Source of the DNA: Candidatus Aenigmatarchaeota archaeon
GTDB lineage: Archaea > Aenigmatarchaeota > Aenigmatarchaeia > PWEA01
Reading direction: 5' to 3'
Length of the DNA stretch: 64,000 nt
NCBI GenBank assembly: GCA_046539325.1
Contig: JBKHHD010000005.1
Span: forward strand, 2,165-66,164
In this document: positions 8,041-17,959 of the stretch, piece by piece
Numbering within the stretch: position 1 is the first letter of the stretch
How the letters are laid out: the number at the start of each line of letters is the position of its first letter
Program-made: the position numbers and the translations under genes
The notes under the pieces: generated by a model
Databases searched by the model: none
The model's input: the letters and a program-made list of their open reading frames with translations, nothing else
Told to the model about the DNA's origin: nothing

Positions 8041-9508
8041 AAAGCAAAGACTTGAAGCTATAGACCTTTCTTTCCTCAGCAAGTTCCACGGCCTTTTCCA
8101 GCCTCTTCGGATCTTCGGAGTAGATAGTTATTAGATCGTCACCCTCCTCCACGGGATCTCCTTCCTTCTTGTGGAGGTAAAATCCTGACTTCTTTTGTTT
8201 GGAACAGCCCGCTGCCTTAGCTATCTTGTTGACAGGTTCATTCTTTACACCTTTGACTCTGCCCCTCTTTTGTGCCTTCACAGTATGCTTGTTTTCTGCC
8301 AGCTCTATGTTTTCTGGTTTAGTTATCCCACCACCCTGTTTATCAACTATCTCCTTGAATTTGTCGTAGGCTTCACCAGTTCTAAGTATTTCATCAGCAT
8401 TTCTACTCGATCCTACTTCATCCAAGAGAAGATCTGCCATCTTGACCGACTTGTTCTTTAGGTCTTCAGGACCTTTCTCCCCGCCTGACTCCAGGACCTT
8501 TAAGACGTCTCTTGCCTCGAGACTGGGTCCTATTCCCTTCCCAATAGGGCTTGAACCGTCGGATATGAGGGTCATGACGTTCATATCAAGCTCCCTTCCA
8601 AGCTCCTTGAAGTTCTTAGAGAGTTTGTTTGCTTCTTCATGGCCTTCTACCTTGGTACCGTCCCCCATAGGTATGTCAATGAGAACTGTATCAGCACCTA
8701 CAGCCTTCTTTTTCGCAAGCACAGATGAAAGCAACTGCTCCAGTGGATCCAGGTTCAACGAATCCCTTACTCTGATAAACTCATCGTCTGCAGGAGCGAG
8801 ATTCAAGGCTCCACCCCAGCAGAAACATCCATTCGTCTCTTCGACTATATTTTCAATCTCTTGTAGCGAGTGCTCAACGTCAGTTATAACTTCCATGGTA
8901 TCTGCTGTTCCTGCGGGAGAAGTTATAGCTCTGGAAGAGGTCTTCGGTATCCTGTAACCTGCGGCAGCTATTATCGATACGATTATAGGCGTTGTTCTGT
9001 TCCCAGGAACGCCACCAATGCAGTGTTTGTCAAGGGCGTTCTCAACATCTATTTTTTCACCTGTATTCACCATGGCCTTCGTGAGGTCCTTCGCTTCTTT
9101 GAGAGAAAAGTCGGACATGTCTACTGCTACGGTGTAGGCCATAAGCTCAGAGTCGGTCAGTTTAAACCCGACAGCGTCCTTGACTATAGAATGTGTTTCC
9201 TCTTCATTCAACTCCTTTCCTCCAACCTTCTTCTTTATGTAGTCTACCGAATCCGGTTTTATCGAACTCTCTACCTCTACAACCTTCTGGTCCTCAACAC
9301 CTATTTCTTCCTTCGTTTCATTGAAAAGGTATATATTGCCCCGTGGAACTTCCTTTGAAGTGTCCACGATAGCCATTCCTTCTCTGTCCTTGTACTTCAA
9401 ACAGATCCTGTCACCTAGAAATATCGAGTGTTCCGCAGCGTCCCTCTCGTTGATAATGGCCACGGGCTTACCTGCCTTCACGTCCAATGTCTTTACCTTC
9501 GCTTCCAT
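8033..9508 (-). CDS. deoA: AMP phosphorylase (thymidine phosphorylase family)
   Basis: Thymidine/pyrimidine-nucleoside phosphorylase fold motifs (KHCIGGVPGNRTTPIIVSIIAAAG, SSRAITSPAGTADTMEV). Operon context with form III RuBisCO and e2b2. ATG at 9508; the GTG at 9517 is the ORF call. Confidence 0.85.
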   Translation of the reverse strand: MEAKVKTLDVKAGKPVAIINERDAAEHSIFLGDRICLKYKDREGMAIVDTSKEVPRGNIYLFNETKEEIGVEDQKVVEVESSIKPDSVDYIKKKVGGKELNEEETHSIVKDAVGFKLTDSELMAYTVAVDMSDFSLKEAKDLTKAMVNTGEKIDVENALDKHCIGGVPGNRTTPIIVSIIAAAGYRIPKTSSRAITSPAGTADTMEVITDVEHSLQEIENIVEETNGCFCWGGALNLAPADDEFIRVRDSLNLDPLEQLLSSVLAKKKAVGADTVLIDIPMGDGTKVEGHEEANKLSKNFKELGRELDMNVMTLISDGSSPIGKGIGPSLEARDVLKVLESGGEKGPEDLKNKSVKMADLLLDEVGSSRNADEILRTGEAYDKFKEIVDKQGGGITKPENIELAENKHTVKAQKRGRVKGVKNEPVNKIAKAAGCSKQKKSGFYLHKKEGDPVEEGDDLITIYSEDPKRLEKAVELAEERKVYSFKSLLSE

Positions 9509-9519
9509 GGTTAACACAA

Positions 9520-9777
9520 CTATTCCATAGCTCTTGATTTATAAAGATAGACCACGAGCTCCGTAGCCACTATCACGGCTATAGTTGTGTTGAGAAACAA
9601 AAAGGCAAGGTCTCCTATGAAGTAAGAGTGCGAAGCCAGGAGAACTGAACCTAGAAGACTGAATACAATGAACTTTGGATTTATAGCCTCAAGGCTTTCA
9701 CTTTTCAGTGTAGTTACTGTCTCAGGTATCCAGGCTGCCAGAAGCAATATAGCCCCCAACCATCCTATGTTTATCAT
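9520..9777 (-). CDS. Small 3-TM membrane protein (unknown function) inside the AMP-pathway operon
   Basis: 85 aa with three hydrophobic helices. Its ATG overlaps the rbcL stop as TAATG at 9775-9779. Ends 11 nt before the deoA ATG. Confidence 0.45.
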   Translation of the reverse strand: MINIGWLGAILLLAAWIPETVTTLKSESLEAINPKFIVFSLLGSVLLASHSYFIGDLAFLFLNTTIAVIVATELVVYLYKSRAME

Positions 9778-11036
9778 TACTCCCACTTCTCCATAGCCTT
9801 TCTGAGCTCTTCCTTTTCTTCCGAAGCCTCTTCCAGGTCCACGCCGTCCATCGTGGCTTCACATGCTTGTCTTATTGCCTTTGCACCTGCTTCCGTGCCG
9901 TCTGGATGCCCGTGGCAGCCTCCGCCGAACTGCGCCACAATATCCTTGCCCATCCTTTTCGTCAGTTCAGGTATATCTCCAGGATGGAGGCCACCTGATG
10001 CCACCGCCACAGTTTTCTTCTTGTCCCTCCAGTCTTGGGCAAGATTTCTCTTTCCGTCTCCGTAGCTCTGTGACTCGACGGCCTGTTCTATTCTCAGGAC
10101 CTTGTCTTCACCACCCTCCATCTTACCTACGTCTGCTGTACCGATGTGCAGCTGATCGCCGCCGATAAGCCTGGTGAACTTCGCCACGGCCAGCATGCTC
10201 ATTCCATGCTCCTTGTTCCTAGTGAAGGCGGCGTGTCCAGCCCTGTGGCAGTGTATCACCACATCCTTTCCTTCAAGGTAGTCGCGCATCTCCTGAAGTG
10301 CGCTCCATCCGGTCGTTATTATATCTATCATAACGTAGTTGCTTCCCTTGTCTATGAGGTAGTCCGCCCTCTTCTTCATCTCGGAAACTGGCGCTGTTAC
10401 ATTTCCCATGTACTCCTTCTTTTCTCCTGTCTCCTTCTCCGCTTTTTGTTTGAGACGCATGGTTTCGTCCACCCTTCTACGGAAGGTGTTGAAGGTCATG
10501 GAGCTCAGATTTTCGTCGTCCTTTACGATATCCAGACCTCCCTTCCAGGCCTTGTACGCCACCTCTGCGTGTCCTTGAGAGTCCAGACCTAGCTTCGGCT
10601 TGACTATCGTTCCGAGAAGAGGCCTCTCATCGACCCCGAACAGCTTCCTTATGTCCTCGAGGCCAACCTGCGGCCCACGATGTTTTTCAAGAAGCTCCTC
10701 CGGAAACTTTACGTCCTCGAATCTGAGTTTGTCTAGAAGCTTCATTCCGAATATATTACCCGCGATGGAGGACAGTATCTGTGGAACATTGCTCAGCTCG
10801 AACAGCTCCTTTGGATAGGCTATCTTAGCGTACGGCTTGTCTATCTCGAAGACTCGCGCCTTTATACGTCTCGCCCTTTCGTTCACTGTTTCTATGTGCG
10901 TCCACGTACCTACGCTTGATTCCTTTGCTATGTTTGCTGCGGCCTTTTCAAAGGAAAGTTTTTCAGAAGGTTCTATACGGAACAGACAGATTATGTCGCT
11001 GTCATCGGGCTCGTAGTTCTCATCAATAAAATCCAT
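9777..11036 (-). CDS. rbcL: Ribulose-1,5-bisphosphate carboxylase/oxygenase large subunit, form III
   Basis: GLDIVKDDENL, HRAGHAAFTR and GGGCHGHPDG RuBisCO active-site motifs. Its 419 aa length and lack of a small subunit indicate the archaeal form III. Confidence 0.9.
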   Translation of the reverse strand: MDFIDENYEPDDSDIICLFRIEPSEKLSFEKAAANIAKESSVGTWTHIETVNERARRIKARVFEIDKPYAKIAYPKELFELSNVPQILSSIAGNIFGMKLLDKLRFEDVKFPEELLEKHRGPQVGLEDIRKLFGVDERPLLGTIVKPKLGLDSQGHAEVAYKAWKGGLDIVKDDENLSSMTFNTFRRRVDETMRLKQKAEKETGEKKEYMGNVTAPVSEMKKRADYLIDKGSNYVMIDIITTGWSALQEMRDYLEGKDVVIHCHRAGHAAFTRNKEHGMSMLAVAKFTRLIGGDQLHIGTADVGKMEGGEDKVLRIEQAVESQSYGDGKRNLAQDWRDKKKTVAVASGGLHPGDIPELTKRMGKDIVAQFGGGCHGHPDGTEAGAKAIRQACEATMDGVDLEEASEEKEELRKAMEKWE

Positions 11037-11053
11037 ATAATCACGGTGTATTT

Positions 11054-11911
11054 TTACTGAAGGCTGAAACTTCCCTTCAACTCCTCTATGATCTCGTGCT
11101 TCTTCATTTCTCCGTCCTCGGTTATAAACTTGTCGATCTTTGACCAGGGCGTCATGTCAAAGGCAGGATTTTCCAGCACCAGCTCGTGCTCCTTCTCCAG
11201 GTGCTCGTGCTCCTCTATCTCGTCAGGCGATCTCTCCTCTAGATCTGAAAAGTTGTCGTAGTCGAACTTGTCCTTCGTCGCTATAAACCAGAACTCCGTG
11301 TCGGGATCCTCTTCCGCAGCTACGGAAAGGAGATAAGTACCTATTTTGTTTAAGACTCCCGACGGCTTTACCGAGTCCACGCCCACGAAGACGTAGTCTG
11401 CAGCCCACATATAGAGCCCTGCAGCCGCATCAACTATATAGTTAACCGGAATACCCATTTCATGGAGCTCCTTTGCTGTCTTTACACCCTGAAGCTTCGG
11501 CTCAGTTTCCGTTACGATCACACGGAAGTCCTTGTCCCTGTCAATCAATGCTTCAAACGTTGCCATGACTGCAGATGAGTGGCAGTGTGTTAGTATCACG
11601 GATTCGTCCTCTACCTTGTCTGCAGCCAGTCTTCCAGCTTCATGCTTAGCAGTGTTTAGGTAGTCAAGCGTGGCGTCTATCGCTTCTATTTCACCCTTCC
11701 TTTTCACAAAGTCTATAGTGTTGTGTGCCGAGACGCCCGTTGGCCTTGCGTTCTTCAACCTTTCAGCGGCCCCGTCAAACTTCTCGCCGAAACCTTCTTC
11801 TTCAACTATCTTTGAGAGAACTTTCAAGCTTTCCTTCGCTATACTTTGTGCGCCTTGAATCTCCAGATTCTTGATCTTTTTCACGGTCTCGTCGACATCT
11901 GGCATGGCCAT
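11054..11911 (-). CDS. e2b2: Ribose-1,5-bisphosphate isomerase (eIF-2B alpha/beta/delta-like)
   Basis: eIF-2B family fold. Position immediately upstream of rbcL and deoA as in known AMP-pathway operons. Confidence 0.8.
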   Translation of the reverse strand: MAMPDVDETVKKIKNLEIQGAQSIAKESLKVLSKIVEEEGFGEKFDGAAERLKNARPTGVSAHNTIDFVKRKGEIEAIDATLDYLNTAKHEAGRLAADKVEDESVILTHCHSSAVMATFEALIDRDKDFRVIVTETEPKLQGVKTAKELHEMGIPVNYIVDAAAGLYMWAADYVFVGVDSVKPSGVLNKIGTYLLSVAAEEDPDTEFWFIATKDKFDYDNFSDLEERSPDEIEEHEHLEKEHELVLENPAFDMTPWSKIDKFITEDGEMKKHEIIEELKGSFSLQ

Positions 11912-11949
11912 AGAAAGCTTTATGTGGAGCGATAGTTAAAAGGTTTTCT

Positions 11950-12600
11950 ATGGGCGAGGAAAGGAATTTTGAAGAATTAATTGAAACTATGCGGAGCAAG
12001 GGGAACCTTACCTCCGACCGAGTCGAACAAGCTATAAGGAAGGCTCTGAGGCATCTCTTCGTTCCAGAGGAGGTAAAGGACAGGGCCTACGTCGATGCAC
12101 CGCTTTCTATAGGCCATGGACAGACTATTTCGCAGCCTTCCGTCGTTGTTAAGATGACCGAGTACTTGGAGGTCGAGGAAGGAGATAAAATTCTGGAGAT
12201 AGGTGCCGGCTCGGGCTGGCAGTCAGCTGTACTATCACATCTTGTTGGAGAGGGAGGTAAGGTTTACACCGTCGAAGTTGTGGAAAGCCTTGCTGAGAAA
12301 GCTCGGGAGAGTTTGAATAAGACAGGAGTGGGAAATGTGGAGGTAGTTGTAGGTGATGGATCCACAGGCCTGGAGGACCATGCGCCTTACGACGGCATAA
12401 TATGTACGGCCGTTTCATCCAGGATTCAGGAGGAGTGGGTCGAGCAGCTCAAAGTCGGAGGAAGAATAGTTTCGCCTGTTTCCGGTGTAGTTCTGCATAA
12501 CCTCGTTGTAGTCGAGAAGGTCTCTGAGGACGAGCAGGAAGTGGTGGAAAAGGAAAGAGGCTACAGATTTGTTAAGCTAAAAGGAGAGAAAGGTTTTTGA
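11950..12600 (+). CDS. pcm: Protein-L-isoaspartate O-methyltransferase
   Basis: GQTISQPSVVVKMTEYLEV, ILEIGAGSGWQSAVL, and a 216 aa length. Confidence 0.85.
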   Translation: MGEERNFEELIETMRSKGNLTSDRVEQAIRKALRHLFVPEEVKDRAYVDAPLSIGHGQTISQPSVVVKMTEYLEVEEGDKILEIGAGSGWQSAVLSHLVGEGGKVYTVEVVESLAEKARESLNKTGVGNVEVVVGDGSTGLEDHAPYDGIICTAVSSRIQEEWVEQLKVGGRIVSPVSGVVLHNLVVVEKVSEDEQEVVEKERGYRFVKLKGEKGF

Positions 12601-12623
12601 GGTTTGAGAATAAAGCTGTGCTT

Positions 12624-13877
12624 ATGTCTCCGTTCGGACTTTTTTCCAGCGAAGAAAAGAGGGAAGAGTCAGTTGAGTTTGAGAAGTTTGAAGACTGGCT
12701 GTCGAAGGAGATAGAGGAGTCAGACTTTGAGTGGAGAAATCCTCAGAATAGTTATTCTCGAATAGAGAGGAGCGTGGAGGAGTTGGAACAGGCGCTGAAT
12801 GAATTTATGGCCCAGGAGCTCCCCGAGGAAATAGCTCCACGTCTCAAGAATATGGCAGAGTCGAATAGAAAGGTTCTGATAAGCAGATTACAGAGCTTTA
12901 TTGATAGCTTTGAAGTTCCCGATGAAGAGGACTATATTACTCTCAAAAACTTTCTCGAGGAGAAGTCCTCGGAGCTGGACGACGTTTCTGAGAAGATAAA
13001 AAAGAGTCTCATGGTTCTCGACAAAGCACAGCCGGACGTTACGAAGAAGGTAGTCGATTCTATGAAAGGTCTTGAGAAAGCTCTCTTAGTTGACGGAGAG
13101 TTGGTCAAAGCGACAGAAATTATCGAAAAAATCGAGGCCCTTAAAGATAAAGTAGAAAGGCTTTCTAATCTTCAAAAAAAGAAGAAGGAAATAGAGGAGG
13201 AACTCAACGAGCTCCTGGAGGAAAGAGAAGAGTTAAGACAGGAGCTGGATGAACTTAAAGAAAAGGAGAAAACGGAGGCTATAGAGGAAAAAAGGAAGAA
13301 AATTGAACAAGTAGAGAGTAGGGTTGATAATAAGAAGGATGAAATAAGAGGCGAAGTTTCGCCACTGAAAAGAGGCCTGAAGAAGATGAACTATTTCGGC
13401 CTTACGGGTGATAATGAAAGGCTGCTGGAAGGGTATATTTCTTCTCCTGTAGAAGCTGCGGAGGAAGACGAAGATATTACCTTCCTGGAAAGTATAGTGG
13501 AGAATTTGATGGACAAGCTGAATGAAAAGGAGCTTGACTTTTCGGAGGAGGAAGCTTCGAGGCTCAGGGATGAGGTGAAAAAAATGGATTTTGGTCGTTT
13601 GAATAGGAATCTAAGTTCTCTGCAAGAGTTAAGACAGAGAAAAGAGGACTTGCAGAACTCTGTGGAAGAGTTACGTATGGATAATAAGAAGGAGGATCTA
13701 TCCGGTAGCCTGAATAGGAAGGAAGAGGAGATAGAAAGCACAAGGGAGAGGCTTGACAAGCAAAAAAATGAAATTAGCAGCATGGAAGAGACTGTCAATG
13801 AATTGAAGCAGGAAATAGAAAACTCTGTGGAGGATCTGTTAAAAATAGATCTGAATTTAAAAGGTATCGAGCCTTGA
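12624..13877 (+). CDS. Long coiled-coil (E/K-rich) protein, unknown function
   Basis: ~417 aa with heptad-like E/K/L periodicity throughout. ATG at 12624 lies just after the pcm stop; the upstream ORF call starts at a TTG. Confidence 0.5.
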   Translation: MSPFGLFSSEEKREESVEFEKFEDWLSKEIEESDFEWRNPQNSYSRIERSVEELEQALNEFMAQELPEEIAPRLKNMAESNRKVLISRLQSFIDSFEVPDEEDYITLKNFLEEKSSELDDVSEKIKKSLMVLDKAQPDVTKKVVDSMKGLEKALLVDGELVKATEIIEKIEALKDKVERLSNLQKKKKEIEEELNELLEEREELRQELDELKEKEKTEAIEEKRKKIEQVESRVDNKKDEIRGEVSPLKRGLKKMNYFGLTGDNERLLEGYISSPVEAAEEDEDITFLESIVENLMDKLNEKELDFSEEEASRLRDEVKKMDFGRLNRNLSSLQELRQRKEDLQNSVEELRMDNKKEDLSGSLNRKEEEIESTRERLDKQKNEISSMEETVNELKQEIENSVEDLLKIDLNLKGIEP

Positions 13878-14879
13878 CTGAGTACCTTTATTCCTATTCT
13901 TCTTAAGTTTTTCTATAGGCTTTTCTACCCTATCTTCTGAGAAATCATGTTTGTCGCAGAGAAACTCCTTGATCTTATCTTCTTCGGGTCCTCTCCATTC
14001 AAGCTCGTAGTCTTCTACAACAGGTGGGTTCATAAAGAAATCAAGGATTTCTTCAGGATTTTCTTCAAATGACCAGTCCACCTCATTCCCTACAGAGCGT
14101 AGATCTCCGTGCTCTTTTACAAGCTCTAAAGCTGTCTTAGGACCGATACCTTTCACACCTCCAGGTGTGTAGTCAGTCCCTACCAGTATTCCCATTATTA
14201 CGAGCTGCTCCCTATTTATCCCTAGCTCCTCTAAAAGCCTTTGCAGCTCTATCTTCTCGGGATTGATTTCCTTGTACTCCTCTCTGTCTGGCAGCTTCCT
14301 CTTGCCCGTTATCGTTAGATTTCTGACGAGAATCGGAGTTCCGAAGAGAAGAGAGTCGAAGTCCTGGCTTCCCACAGCCCATGCGTCACCTTCTTTGGCC
14401 ATGTAGGCTGCCTGTGCCTCGCCTTCGCTTGATGCCTGTACCCAGGGTATCCCCATAGCATCCAATAGCTCCTTCGACTGCTCTATCATCTCGTCCTGAA
14501 TACTTACTGACTGCTGAGCATATTTCTTAGCTTCCTTTACCTTCCCTTCCTCGAGGGCCTTTTTGTACTTCTCCTTAGCCTCCTTCCTCTTTTCCCTCCT
14601 CTCCTTGTTTACAGTTTCCTTGAACTCAGGAGGCTCTCCGTCGAATACATAGAAAGGCTTTATCTCATTTTCAACCAGCTTTGTGGTCCTGTAGAAAAGT
14701 CCGGATAGGTGTGAAGTTATTCTTCCCTTTGAATCCTTCAGAGGTTCTCCGTCTGGCTGTCTTATTATCGAAAGGAACTGGTATAGCATGTTTAGCGCAT
14801 CCAGACTAAAAGTTCTACCTTTAAATGAATCCAGAGAAGATTCTTCGGGTTCAACAAGGTCCGCGATGTCCACACCCAT
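13857..14879 (-). CDS. fen: Flap endonuclease 1
   Basis: N-terminal MGVDIADLV...RTFSLDALNMLYQFL and the XPG-I region with GIGPKTALELVKEHG helix-hairpin-helix. 340 aa. Confidence 0.9.
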   Translation of the reverse strand: MGVDIADLVEPEESSLDSFKGRTFSLDALNMLYQFLSIIRQPDGEPLKDSKGRITSHLSGLFYRTTKLVENEIKPFYVFDGEPPEFKETVNKERREKRKEAKEKYKKALEEGKVKEAKKYAQQSVSIQDEMIEQSKELLDAMGIPWVQASSEGEAQAAYMAKEGDAWAVGSQDFDSLLFGTPILVRNLTITGKRKLPDREEYKEINPEKIELQRLLEELGINREQLVIMGILVGTDYTPGGVKGIGPKTALELVKEHGDLRSVGNEVDWSFEENPEEILDFFMNPPVVEDYELEWRGPEEDKIKEFLCDKHDFSEDRVEKPIEKLKKNRNKGTQSRLDTF

Positions 14880-14902
14880 AGGCCATCAAGAAGGTCTCTG
14901 CT

Positions 14903-15448
14903 CTACTCGTACTCGCCCTTGAGATTCACGTAGCTCTGCGCCATCTTCTCCATAACCTGTCTGTCCTGTTCCTGGAGTTCTCTTACTTTTTCTGCAGGAC
15001 TTCCACTGTATACGGAGTTAGGCTCGGTTTCAGTTCCAGGCGGTAGAAGGCTTCCCGCGCCGATTATGTTGTTCCTTTTTATCTTACTGTGGTGTAGTGC
15101 GGTGACGTTTATGCCTATCATAACGTTGTCAGCAACATCACAGCCGTCGAGTACGGTTCCATGGGCAACGGTAACGTTGTCGCCTATGGTTACACCTTCC
15201 TTGGAGTTCGGGTGAATTACTACGTTGTCCTGTATATTCGTGTTGTCACCTATCTCCACCTTACCGATATCTGCCCGTATGACTGTACCGGGCCAGATAG
15301 AACTGTCCTCGCCTATCTCAACGTCGCCTATCAAAACGGCGTCAGGAGCTACCCATGCACTTTTAGCTACTCTTGGATAAGGACTTTCGGTAGAGCTTCC
15401 GCTTTTCTGTGAAGCTGAGAAAAAACTCTCCTTTAGTTTTCTTAACAC
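14903..15448 (-). CDS. Gamma-class carbonic anhydrase / hexapeptide-repeat (LbH) family protein
   Basis: Repeated [LIV]GxxxxI hexapeptide pattern (IGDNTNIQDNVVIH, IGDNVTVAHGTVL, etc.). Confidence 0.7.
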   Translation of the reverse strand: MLRKLKESFFSASQKSGSSTESPYPRVAKSAWVAPDAVLIGDVEIGEDSSIWPGTVIRADIGKVEIGDNTNIQDNVVIHPNSKEGVTIGDNVTVAHGTVLDGCDVADNVMIGINVTALHHSKIKRNNIIGAGSLLPPGTETEPNSVYSGSPAEKVRELQEQDRQVMEKMAQSYVNLKGEYE

Positions 15449-15507
15449 ACTATCCCCTTTGTTACCTTAAACAACTACCTTTTTAAATATTTCTGAAGTT
15501 CCTTGAT

Positions 15508-15870
15508 TTACTCATTTTCGTAGGTGTTTTCCCTGTTTCCTTTGAGGGTAAAACCATCTTCTATTGCGTCTTGGTAGGCTATCTGGAGGGCAGCCATATA
15601 TTTTCCGGCTAACTCCTTCTCAGGGAATTCTTTCCACATGTCTCTAATATCAATCTCTTCTTCTGAAAACTTTCTGCAGTCTTCATCGTATGGTTTGAAA
15701 TCCTCTATGTGGACACTTTCATTCTCTACCTTTAAACCAAGGATATCTGTTTTGAGATTTATTCCTTCCTCGGATAACATCTTTCTGAAATATTCTGCTC
15801 CTTCAGGGCATTCTACATAAGCGATTCCCAGAACACGATTACCATTGGCCAGTTTTCCTTCTTCACTCAT
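15508..15870 (-). CDS. Hypothetical protein
   Basis: 120 aa ORF filling the gap, acidic. No recognised motif. Confidence 0.4.
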   Translation of the reverse strand: MSEEGKLANGNRVLGIAYVECPEGAEYFRKMLSEEGINLKTDILGLKVENESVHIEDFKPYDEDCRKFSEEEIDIRDMWKEFPEKELAGKYMAALQIAYQDAIEDGFTLKGNRENTYENE

Positions 15871-15943
15871 ATTTTCACCTCCTTAGGCGTCAATTCCAGA
15901 AAAACCTTCTTCGTTAAAGTATTTAAATCTTGAAAATTCCGCC

Positions 15944-16312
15944 TCAGTAAAAATGAAAGTGTGCCTCGCAGGAACAGTCCGAGGATCCGAAGCCTTCCAC
16001 GGGCGTTTCCTCACATATCTCTGAAACAATTCCGTTCAGCTTACATTCTATGTCTTGCTTCGTTCTGAACTTGACCGTCCCAACGACCTCTCCTTCCTCA
16101 AGAAAGTAGTCGATGTGCCAGTGCTTTTTCTTGTTATTGGATAGATGTCTCTCAACTCTTTTGTCTAGGTTGTTCATACCTGAGCCGACGTAAAGGTAAA
16201 GACCTGACTTGAAATGAAAGCTTCCTAGTCTGCCTATATCTATCTTCCCCTTCTCGTCAAGTCTAAGGAAGAGGATGTATGAGCCTTTGGAAAGCTTGTC
16301 TTTTTCTGGCAT
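15944..16312 (-). CDS. GIY-YIG-like (DUF123-type) putative endonuclease domain protein
   Basis: GSYILFLRL...GRLG...YLYVGSG...RHL...KKHWHIDYF resembles the archaeal DUF123 GIY-YIG-like family. C-terminal Cys pair. Confidence 0.45.
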   Translation of the reverse strand: MPEKDKLSKGSYILFLRLDEKGKIDIGRLGSFHFKSGLYLYVGSGMNNLDKRVERHLSNNKKKHWHIDYFLEEGEVVGTVKFRTKQDIECKLNGIVSEICEETPVEGFGSSDCSCEAHFHFY

Positions 16313-16318
16313 CTAGCT

Positions 16319-16810
16319 TCATGAATTTTCTTTTTCGAGCCTCTTTTCTATAGCTTCTTCAACACTCACGAGGTTTACTACGTCCTCTTTGTTATACATA
16401 AGGAGCTTTCGGAGAGCTTCCTTACATTCTTCTCTCTGATACTTCTTCCAGAGGCGAACTGCCTCGGAACCGCCGCAGACCCCAGAGTTCCTTCCAACAC
16501 CTATCTCCTTCTCTATCTTCTTCAGACCGCCCTTCAACCCAACTTTCCAGCCCAAATACATTAGATCCTTGTGGTTTCCGTTTAACTCTATATTGTACTT
16601 TTTCTGGAGAAACGGAACGTCGAACCGTTTTCCGTTGTACGTAACCACACATCCAGCTTTTTCCAGAAGTTCGTAGAGGTTGTCCTCACATAGATTTCTT
16701 CCCTTCACCAGCTGGTAAACCTCGTCACCGTCGTAGGCACCGACAACCGTAACTTTGTGCCTTTCCTTGCTGAGGCCTGTCGTCTCTATATCCAGATATA
16801 ACTTCTTCAT
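16319..16810 (-). CDS. DEDD-type 3'-5' exonuclease (RNase H-like fold)
   Basis: N-terminal LYLDIETTGLS Exo-I motif. Later YNGKRFDVPFL motif. Confidence 0.6.
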   Translation of the reverse strand: MKKLYLDIETTGLSKERHKVTVVGAYDGDEVYQLVKGRNLCEDNLYELLEKAGCVVTYNGKRFDVPFLQKKYNIELNGNHKDLMYLGWKVGLKGGLKKIEKEIGVGRNSGVCGGSEAVRLWKKYQREECKEALRKLLMYNKEDVVNLVSVEEAIEKRLEKENS

Positions 16811-16881
16811 GGTACTCAGAAAAATTATTACGCCTCATTTAAATAAAATATCTATAGCTTTTTAGGCTTAAACTCTAAACT

Positions 16882-17073
16882 ATGCTCATGCCGGAAAAAG
16901 TTTTTTATCATCGCTGTCCGGACTGTGGCTTCAAGCAGAAGTCGAAGGCAGAGAAGCGGATCAAATGCCACAACTGCGGCGCCACCTACAAGGAGAAAAC
17001 GAATCGCTGTGATCCCCCAAAGCCGAAGGACAAGGACGGGAAGTTCAGAAGGGCCAGTGATATAGATGGCTGA
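16882..17073 (+). CDS. Small zinc-ribbon protein
   Basis: CPDCG...CHNCG four-Cys ribbon. Its end overlaps the ogg start by 8 nt. Confidence 0.45.
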   Translation: MLMPEKVFYHRCPDCGFKQKSKAEKRIKCHNCGATYKEKTNRCDPPKPKDKDGKFRRASDIDG

Positions 17074-17917
17074 ATCCATAGACCTAAAGGACAAACCGCT
17101 AGATCTGAAGAAGACATTGGAATGTGGCCAGACCTTTTCCTGGAGGAAGATCAAAGAGAACGGAAAAAACAAGTACGTGACTGTAAGGAACGGCGGAGTT
17201 CTGGAGGTCTGGCAGGACGGAGACGAGCTTCTATATGAGAACTACGGGAACGAGATCGACCTCAGGAAGGCCCTGCGCCTGGAGGATCCCCTGGAAGAAA
17301 TATACAAAAAAATAGACAGGGACGGTTTCATCCATAGATCTATAAAGGCTAACCGTGGCTTCCGCCTTGTCAGGGACGAATTTTTCCCGTGTCTTATAGC
17401 CTACATAACCTCGGCACAGATGCAGATACCACGTATAAGGAGGGTCCAGAGAGACATCGAGAACAGATACGGACGGCCGCTGAGGTTCGACGGCGAGGAG
17501 TACTACGAGTTTCCTGAGTCAGGGGAACTGACCGAAGTTTCGGAGGAAGAGCTGAGAGAACTTAGCATAGGTTACAGAGCGGAGTACGTAAAGAGGAGCG
17601 CGGAGATGGTCAGAGACGGAGTGGTCAAGGAGAAACAACTGAGGAAAATGGACTACAAACAAGCAAGAGAAGAGCTGAAGATGCTTTCGGGCGTCGGGAA
17701 CAAGGTCGCGGACTGTGTGTTGCTGTTTGCTCTGGATTTTACAGAGGCGTTTCCAATAGACACCTGGATAAAGAAGGTCATCAAGAAGAAGTATCCGGAC
17801 CTGTACAGCAAGAACTACGGAGAGCTCTCAGAAAACATGCGGAGCTACTTCGGGGAGTACGCAGGCTATGCACAGGAGTACCTCTTCTACTACGGGAGAA
17901 CTTGTATGGACCTATGA
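17066..17917 (+). CDS. ogg: HhH-GPD DNA glycosylase (8-oxoguanine glycosylase/lyase type)
   Basis: LSGVGNKVADCVLLFALDFTEAFPIDTW gives the helix-hairpin-helix plus catalytic Lys/Asp signature of Ogg-type glycosylases. Confidence 0.7.
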   Translation: MAESIDLKDKPLDLKKTLECGQTFSWRKIKENGKNKYVTVRNGGVLEVWQDGDELLYENYGNEIDLRKALRLEDPLEEIYKKIDRDGFIHRSIKANRGFRLVRDEFFPCLIAYITSAQMQIPRIRRVQRDIENRYGRPLRFDGEEYYEFPESGELTEVSEEELRELSIGYRAEYVKRSAEMVRDGVVKEKQLRKMDYKQAREELKMLSGVGNKVADCVLLFALDFTEAFPIDTWIKKVIKKKYPDLYSKNYGELSENMRSYFGEYAGYAQEYLFYYGRTCMDL

Positions 17918-17959
17918 CAACCAAAACAAATAAGTTCTTTGGTTGTGCTATTTTTACTT

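Noticed and set aside
8195-9530. Plus-strand ORFs 8195..8461, 8442..8957, 8870..9358, 9321..9530
   Set aside because: Antisense to the well-supported AMP phosphorylase gene. No motifs.
16852-17172. Minus-strand 106 aa ORF overlapping the zinc-ribbon and ogg starts
   Set aside because: Antisense to two better-supported plus-strand genes. Hydrophobic shadow-frame composition.
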